Under the pieces are notes generated by a model, which did no database searches, was not told the DNA's origin, and was given only the letters and a program-made list of their open reading frames with translations. A stretch of DNA of 64,000 nt from a virus. Where the stretch lies: IMG/VR virus record IMGVR_UViG_3300033148_006102, positions 32,001 to 96,000 of that record, one strand, 5' to 3'. This document shows positions 57,840-64,000 of the stretch, one piece after another (position 1 is the first letter of the stretch; each line of letters starts with the position of its first letter). The translations under genes were made by a program, and so were the position numbers.

Positions 57840-60596
57840 GTGGCCGGTGGTATTACATCTGACCTGTTCGGAGGCTTTGAAGACGTAGATCCAAGGCCGG
57901 ATCCGAACCCAAATCTACTTGATTACGACACACTCTTCAGGGCGGTCGGCAATACGTTCCGTACGTTCCGGGCTGTTGACCGGGACTTGGTGCGGTCGAT
58001 TTGGGAAGGCATTACGCGCGTCTTTGATAACGAGTATCGTCAGCTCGAGCAGATTAATGCGTCGAAGAACATCAACACGGTACCGACGTATATTCGAAAG
58101 GATTGGCTGCAGTACGAACTGGAGTACGATTACCTTGGCACCCCGCATGCACATGTACTCCAACAGGTCGTAACCACCGGTGGCCTACCGACTGATCTCA
58201 ATGGGAAATATTATGTTGATCTCCTGCACTTCTATCAAGAGGACGCATTCCAGCTGTGGATAGATGGTAAGGAAGTACTACCGAACCTCGATCCATTCAG
58301 CCTGACGAATGTGCCAGCGCTTGGTGGAAGTACGCTGACTGGTTCTCGCTTGTGGTTTGATTCAGACTTGTCAATAGGCACTGTGCTTGTCATCCATGGT
58401 CTACGGCAGCAGGAACGGCTGTCATTTACTGGCGACGGAACAACAGCTACATTCTCATTCGGGAATGCAGTTGATATTAACAGCGCCACAGTTTATCTGA
58501 ATGATGTGCAGATCGGCGAAGGCACTGTCCGGTTTGTCGGGTCGAAGGTTATTCTAACTGGCGGTGTATCTGTTGGTGATACTTTCCGCATCACAGATGG
58601 CACCAACTCATATGGCGTGACGGCCACATCGCCGACGCAGACGTTCAATGTTGGGTTCATTCCGAATCGGGAAACGGCGAAGGTATACCTGAACGGTATC
58701 GAGATCCAACATGGCTTTACGCTGGAAAGTTCGCGGATTAGCTTCTTGGTGGCACCGCGAGTCGGCACGACTATTTCTGTTGTTGGAACCGTTATTCGGA
58801 CACATTCGCATGAAGAGATTTCATTCACGCTACCATCGCCAACAGATACGCTAACACTACCGGCAGATGTTGAGCCTTTTACATTGGATGCCGGTGGGGA
58901 CATGGATGGTTTCTTCCCCGTATTGGTATTTGTAGACGGTTTGCTTGTTCCGCCGAGTGCGCTCTCGTTCACAAGTAGTACTATTGTTGTGTTGCCAGGC
59001 GTTGTACCAGCAGGCACGCAGGTTGATATGTGGTGGGCGGTGGACGCCGGCCGTGTAGCGCATGTTCATGATTTGCAGACGATTCAGGTAACTGCACCGG
59101 AAACGACGTTTGTTCATGGTGGTCAATATGACGTCGGTGATCCCATTATGGTGACTGTCGACGGCGTACTTCAAGTGAACAACGATGACTATCGGCTTGT
59201 TGGTTTGCGTGGTCAGACGATCATCTTTACGAGCGCCGTACCAGCTAGTGCTATCGTGCACATCACAGGTCAGCGGTTCCAGCATACGTGGCGCGCAACA
59301 ACAGCGACGTTCCCGAAACGACTTGTGGCGGCCGAATCAATTCAAAACGGAATTGATTATCCGACTATCGTGATGGTGCCGCGCGTAGATGGGGAAGGCG
59401 ATTTCGAGATTCTTGACGGGGTACTTTACACGCCGCTCAAGATTGATGCTCCATGGTTTAAGAATGCCGATATTGACGAGGATACGGTTTACAACAACTT
59501 CGGTTCGTTGTTGGAATATCGTCAAGCTTCTAGTGAAACGTATACGCGCATTGTGCGGGCTTTATTTGCAGCTTACACGGCAGGTAGTCAGGTCTATACG
59601 TTAGAGAACTTCTCGCGATTGATCCTCAACACGCCTTTTGCGCAAGAATCAGGCAAAGTTTTATCTGTTGTAGCAGATAGCACAGGTGATCATGTTGTCA
59701 CTATCCGTGAATTGGATGGGACGGAAACGGCATACCGTGTACCAGCGATTATGACTGTAGATGTGATACCTGGGCAGGCGGTACGCCGATACCAAAGTCT
59801 AGCCGCGGGTGTACAGATCCATGACTCGGTGACGTCGCCAGATTGGTACGACGTTTTCCCCTTTTTGATCTACATTGGCGATCAGTTCAGTTCGACATTC
59901 GAAGCAGGGCGCGTACTCGATCGCGGTGTACCAGCGACTTATAAAGGGGATGGTTCGTACGTATCGGCCACGCACCGAATTTCAGATCCTTTGCTTGATG
60001 CGGACAAGTTGGAGGGTTTGCGCAAGGGTGACCGAATTGAGTACACCATTGGTGCAACCACGTATGTTGATTACATCGATCAGATTGATGAGATATCGAA
60101 GGAAATTCTGCTCGGTACGGATCCCACCACAGTAGTTGCAGTTGTTCCGCCAGGTAATGCGACGGTTGATTCCTATACTATTTCGTTCCGTCGTTTTCCA
60201 CGCTACGACGAAAACTTCTTTATGGATCAACCGGAGAAGCCGTACATCGACTATATAAATCAGCAGATGTATGAGCTGCTCAAGCAGTTTGTATTCCTTG
60301 TTGAGGTCACGGCCGAGTTGGTGACAGATCCAGAAGCAATGGAAACTTTGCGGCTACTGCTGAATACGGGCAAGCGAGCTGTCACGACATACGTGTTTTT
60401 CAGTTTCTTGGGCGGTGATGCGTTGTCTTCGCTCGATGGGCGTGACGGTATGCACGAAAATGTGTCTTTGAACATGCAGGATGACGTTACATTTACGACG
60501 ACGCCGGCATATCTGATTTTTGGTCAGACCACGCTTAGTACGGGCGGAGCACACCCGACGACAGGTGGTTACGTGGCGCCTAGCCCAGTACCGTAG
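57840..60596 (+). CDS. large baseplate/tail-associated structural protein with repeated beta-sandwich modules
   Basis: repeated VxVDG/VYLNG..Q modules; tail-wedge-like C-terminus. Confidence 0.7.
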   Translation: MAGGITSDLFGGFEDVDPRPDPNPNLLDYDTLFRAVGNTFRTFRAVDRDLVRSIWEGITRVFDNEYRQLEQINASKNINTVPTYIRKDWLQYELEYDYLGTPHAHVLQQVVTTGGLPTDLNGKYYVDLLHFYQEDAFQLWIDGKEVLPNLDPFSLTNVPALGGSTLTGSRLWFDSDLSIGTVLVIHGLRQQERLSFTGDGTTATFSFGNAVDINSATVYLNDVQIGEGTVRFVGSKVILTGGVSVGDTFRITDGTNSYGVTATSPTQTFNVGFIPNRETAKVYLNGIEIQHGFTLESSRISFLVAPRVGTTISVVGTVIRTHSHEEISFTLPSPTDTLTLPADVEPFTLDAGGDMDGFFPVLVFVDGLLVPPSALSFTSSTIVVLPGVVPAGTQVDMWWAVDAGRVAHVHDLQTIQVTAPETTFVHGGQYDVGDPIMVTVDGVLQVNNDDYRLVGLRGQTIIFTSAVPASAIVHITGQRFQHTWRATTATFPKRLVAAESIQNGIDYPTIVMVPRVDGEGDFEILDGVLYTPLKIDAPWFKNADIDEDTVYNNFGSLLEYRQASSETYTRIVRALFAAYTAGSQVYTLENFSRLILNTPFAQESGKVLSVVADSTGDHVVTIRELDGTETAYRVPAIMTVDVIPGQAVRRYQSLAAGVQIHDSVTSPDWYDVFPFLIYIGDQFSSTFEAGRVLDRGVPATYKGDGSYVSATHRISDPLLDADKLEGLRKGDRIEYTIGATTYVDYIDQIDEISKEILLGTDPTTVVAVVPPGNATVDSYTISFRRFPRYDENFFMDQPEKPYIDYINQQMYELLKQFVFLVEVTAELVTDPEAMETLRLLLNTGKRAVTTYVFFSFLGGDALSSLDGRDGMHENVSLNMQDDVTFTTTPAYLIFGQTTLSTGGAHPTTGGYVAPSPVP

Positions 60597-60625
60597 GCGC
60601 TTATCCTGTTAGCAGGAAGACAATT

Positions 60626-62005
60626 ATGGACAAGGTTCGCTTTCAAGATAACGAAGTCGCCGAAAAAGACGACATGAACGCCATTACGGACCTGACTCAG
60701 GATTACCTGAAAGAGTTCGTACAGGCTTTTGGTAACGACGCATTGTCGTTCCTGTTCAACAATTCACCGCCGTCTATTGCAAGCGAAGTTGGCCAGACGC
60801 TTACGTATGACATTCCGACGCAGCGTTATTGTGCGAGCGGTTTGATTGAACTGATTCCTGATGATGGTGGCGGCGTACATCAGGAGAGCGTTGTCAATTC
60901 AAGTCCGACGGTGACGATGTGGCACTGGATCTTCTTTACCATTATCGAAACCGAGCTTACTGGTACACGTACGATTGTAAATCCGGCGACGGGCGTAGGT
61001 GCGGCGACGCCAGGAACAGTCGTACAAACACAGTTAAGCTACCAAGTTGAGTCGGTGGAAACGGCTGTCGGTGCAGGCATGCCGTCGTTACCTGCATGGG
61101 GTGGTGCTGGTACACGCGTCGGAGAGGTGTGTTACGGTTACTGGGTAATGGATCCTACGGGTGGCGCCAGTTCATGGCAGCAGCTTGTAGCGAATGTACT
61201 AGTGTTACCAGGTTCCGTGGCTATTGGTGATCACGCAGCAGCGCATGTAGTTAGTGGAGGCTCGAACGAAATTCCTTTGCCAACGGGTACGGCGCGCGGC
61301 TTGATGGATATCAACTCTGGCAGTTACTTGGCCAAGATGTTGACGCATGTGAAGCCCGGAACGAATGAACCATTCAGCACTGTGATGGGTGGCGCGAACA
61401 ACTATCCGGCCAGTCCATATCATGCGGTGTCTTCGCCGGGGCGATACGCCGAGTTAGCTCTGACAGTTGGTTCAGGACTCTCGAAGGCTGGCGGTGTATT
61501 GAATCACGATTGGGGTACGCCCGGCGTTGATGCAAACAAGCCAGCCCGTGCTATTGATGTTGTTGCAGCAGCAGTCCCGAAATTTGCCAGCGGATATATC
61601 AACGTGTCTTCTGCAGGATCCTACAACGACATCAATCTTGTTCACAACTGGGGTAACAATCCGGCCACAGGTCAGCCTTACGTGCCACGCATGATTTATG
61701 TGCATGGCGTCGTAGAGGCACCGGGCGGCGTTTTGCGCTATGGCTGGGGTGTGGCAAGCAGTAATGATGTTGGTAATCACGCAACAGAGTGGGCTAATTT
61801 GGTGGCAAGCCAAGTATGCCTGGGTGGTTCAAAGGCAAACACGTCGTCTACAGAAGGTGTGCCGCTGACCGGTAAGCTGGTTCACAACATGTTAAATGGA
61901 TCGGTTTCTTACGAAGGTAAACTGCAGGGCCGTTATTCCAACTACGTGACTTTACGGATAGGCTCGAATCGAGACTTCCCGTTGATTTGGTGGATGATTG
62001 CATAA
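60626..62005 (+). CDS. tail/baseplate fibre-associated protein
   Basis: HAAAHVVSGGSNEI motif, also seen in 36293-38821; position in the tail block. Confidence 0.65.
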   Translation: MDKVRFQDNEVAEKDDMNAITDLTQDYLKEFVQAFGNDALSFLFNNSPPSIASEVGQTLTYDIPTQRYCASGLIELIPDDGGGVHQESVVNSSPTVTMWHWIFFTIIETELTGTRTIVNPATGVGAATPGTVVQTQLSYQVESVETAVGAGMPSLPAWGGAGTRVGEVCYGYWVMDPTGGASSWQQLVANVLVLPGSVAIGDHAAAHVVSGGSNEIPLPTGTARGLMDINSGSYLAKMLTHVKPGTNEPFSTVMGGANNYPASPYHAVSSPGRYAELALTVGSGLSKAGGVLNHDWGTPGVDANKPARAIDVVAAAVPKFASGYINVSSAGSYNDINLVHNWGNNPATGQPYVPRMIYVHGVVEAPGGVLRYGWGVASSNDVGNHATEWANLVASQVCLGGSKANTSSTEGVPLTGKLVHNMLNGSVSYEGKLQGRYSNYVTLRIGSNRDFPLIWWMIA

Positions 62006-62559
62006 TGAAGATACGAGAACCTATGTCCATTGCGGTTCGCGGGCGCATGTCCATGCAGTTGGGTCATTCACCAGATGATTCGATCGAAGCGTTCGTGCCG
62101 CAAGAACCGCAGGTGTTTCATTCCAACTTGTTTTTGACAGAGGGATACAACCTTCTAGCCGAGATTGTTGGTGGAAACTTCGTTGACGCCCAGGTCGCAT
62201 ACATCGACATAGGTAACTGGGGCGATTACCGAAACGGAATCGATGTGGGTGCGCGTGTAGCGGAAGATCTCACGGACACCGGTGTACGGAATTCGATCTT
62301 TCGAAAGGCCGTGTTGGACTTTAGCTATACGGCAAACTTAGCCGTGTTTCGTACGATCTTGCGGCCGTATGAAGGAAACACAGCTGGAGAGACTCCACCG
62401 TACATTAATGAATTCGCGCTGCTGTCTGCAGATCTGCGCGCTTTCAGTCATATTGTGCTACCGGAATCTGCAGGACTTGGTACGCCGGCTGTTCAAAAAA
62501 CAAAGACGGCCGGATTGCATGCTTTGTTGGTATACGAACTGGAATTCTTGCCGGCCTAA
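62005..62559 (+). CDS. tail-collar/baseplate-attachment-like protein
   Basis: YIDIGNWG...IFRK...FRTIL...EGN...INEFAL...FSHIVLP...KT pattern. Confidence 0.6.
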   Translation: MKIREPMSIAVRGRMSMQLGHSPDDSIEAFVPQEPQVFHSNLFLTEGYNLLAEIVGGNFVDAQVAYIDIGNWGDYRNGIDVGARVAEDLTDTGVRNSIFRKAVLDFSYTANLAVFRTILRPYEGNTAGETPPYINEFALLSADLRAFSHIVLPESAGLGTPAVQKTKTAGLHALLVYELEFLPA

Positions 62560-62571
62560 TAGGTAACGACC

Positions 62572-64000
62572 ATGACACAGAGACGCGTCTTTTCATACCA
62601 CGATCTGGAAACATCCCGCCAGCATAACCGGCGTTTTGCGAAAGTTATCCAGAGCGGTGTTTATTCCGGTTTCATTCCATCCATGGCGGCCGGCAGCACC
62701 AGCAAGATTGATTTGAGCCCAGGCACCTTTGATGCTTCGCGCGCTTTGACAAAAGAAGGTGTGCTCATCATCGAAGATGCGACGATCTATGACGCTGTCG
62801 AAGTATCACAGCCGGACGCAGTGAATCCGCGGTGGGATTTATTGGTCATTGAATATCAGTACACGACTAATGCAGCTTTGGCCGCTACCTACACACTGAT
62901 ATCTGGCACACCAAGCGCGACACCAACACAGCCCACCGCGAATGATTATCAAGTACCGCTTGCGTATGTTTACGTGCGAGCAGATACATCCGGCTCTTCA
63001 CCGCGAGTACCAAACATACTTGACGACGATTTGTATCCTGTGCAGCGCGCAAATTTGGTAAACGGTAGCGCAGAGGTCGGTGATCTTAAACCGGTAATTG
63101 CGCCAGATACGCAGCACGTGTACATCAACTCTGGCTCGTTCCACAATGCCGATGGCACAGCCGTGCTGACTTTTGAAGGCGGTTACTCGCCAGACATTGA
63201 TATTAGTTCCACGTCGGTATGGTACTACGTATACGGCATAACAGATAACCTAACGATTGTTGAGATTGAGAAGGTTAGTAGCCTAGCAGATGTGTCGGCA
63301 TTTTCCAGCACCGTCATGCCTTTGGTCATCGCTCGTACTGTGGCTGCTACTGGACCAACTACTAATGACGCACAGATAGCAGAGTTAATTGACCTGCGTA
63401 CGATTTTCTATCGGGCGCCAGCGCTGAATCTGGAAAACGATAAGTGGACCGATCACTTCCAGAATTCGATGTTTCTCAATATGGTACCCGAATACTTCGA
63501 AGATGATTCGGGGTTGTTGAATCTTGGTGTGTATGATTCAGGATCAACTACATATAATACAACGGATGTGGCCGGTGGGGCGTCAACACCAGACTTTACG
63601 CTATCCATTGATGCGGTTACAACTGAGTTGGTGATTACATACAATGGTTCGGGGTTATCGCAGGAAGCGTATATCATTCTTGATGATTTGTTGACGAACC
63701 CGAGCGCAGGCTTTACGCAACCTACGCATTTGCAAGTAATCGGCGAATCCAATTTAACGAAGAATTTGCGGTATTCATATGCGACGGCGAGCCCGACATC
63801 GCCTGCTTCCTTTATTACGATAAGCCAGAAGGTAGAGCCGCCAGAGGAAGCGCTGCCCATACTGTTTGCGTCACCGGGACCAAGTAATCTTTACTTGCGA
63901 CTTGAGCTACAAGCAGGCGAGTTTAGCGCGGCCGGCGAGACGCGTAGAATTGGGGCCATCGTAAGCTTCTTTAACATCGATCCAGCTACTGGTGCGCAGA
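62572..64000 (+). CDS. tail fibre-like protein, truncated by window end (absent from ORF track)
   Basis: open frame MTQRRVFSY...NPRWDLLVIEY...GTPSATPTQP...VPLAYVYV running off the edge. Confidence 0.7.
   Translation, partial: MTQRRVFSYHDLETSRQHNRRFAKVIQSGVYSGFIPSMAAGSTSKIDLSPGTFDASRALTKEGVLIIEDATIYDAVEVSQPDAVNPRWDLLVIEYQYTTNAALAATYTLISGTPSATPTQPTANDYQVPLAYVYVRADTSGSSPRVPNILDDDLYPVQRANLVNGSAEVGDLKPVIAPDTQHVYINSGSFHNADGTAVLTFEGGYSPDIDISSTSVWYYVYGITDNLTIVEIEKVSSLADVSAFSSTVMPLVIARTVAATGPTTNDAQIAELIDLRTIFYRAPALNLENDKWTDHFQNSMFLNMVPEYFEDDSGLLNLGVYDSGSTTYNTTDVAGGASTPDFTLSIDAVTTELVITYNGSGLSQEAYIILDDLLTNPSAGFTQPTHLQVIGESNLTKNLRYSYATASPTSPASFITISQKVEPPEEALPILFASPGPSNLYLRLELQAGEFSAAGETRRIGAIVSFFNIDPATGAQ

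Noticed and set aside
1-64000. Host or taxonomic assignment
   Set aside because: tRNA and tmRNA features (U1-A72 Gln/Asn, AA-ending tag) are too widespread to name a host without database comparison.

Overview
64 kb slice of a large (jumbo-type) tailed bacteriophage genome, almost entirely + strand. I found no integrase, CRISPR array, rRNA or host housekeeping context. 1-8.1 kb: small hypothetical ORFs plus DUF3310 and thyX. 8.2-11.2 kb: a minus-strand accessory island containing a miniature ABC/AAA ATPase. 12-24 kb: virion and head-associated proteins sharing an F-x-x-G-F-x-x-x-L / K-x-A motif, then three modular fibre/tailspike-like proteins. 24-30 kb: DNA metabolism (TSCPD, RusA, MmcB-like nuclease, thermonuclease, DinG) and a Tad2-like gene. 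31-33 kb: baseplate J. 34-53 kb: a translation/RNA-rescue island with 32 tRNAs, tmRNA, Ro60 (TROVE) plus three Y RNAs, Pth2, dCMP deaminase, a vWA protein, four HNH-type nucleases and several unexplained structured RNAs. 53-64 kb: SF2 helicase and baseplate/tail genes. The strongest candidate new system: each of the two tRNA transcription units starts with a short leader ORF overlapping a mutually exclusive antiterminator/terminator pair, followed by an rrn-type boxA. The leader codons mirror the tRNAs downstream. Leader 2 has 12 consecutive Leu/Ser/Tyr/Cys codons in front of exactly the Tyr, Leu x4, Ser x2 and Cys tRNAs. This suggests ribosome-stalling sensors that switch phage tRNAs on when host tRNAs are depleted. 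Also notable: a Y RNA containing a complete circularly permuted tRNA-Met, a second permuted anticodon-less tRNA mimic, nine ORFs whose stop codons lie inside tRNA genes, and a 23-bp palindrome present eight times. All analysis is by eye; folds and family assignments need computational confirmation.
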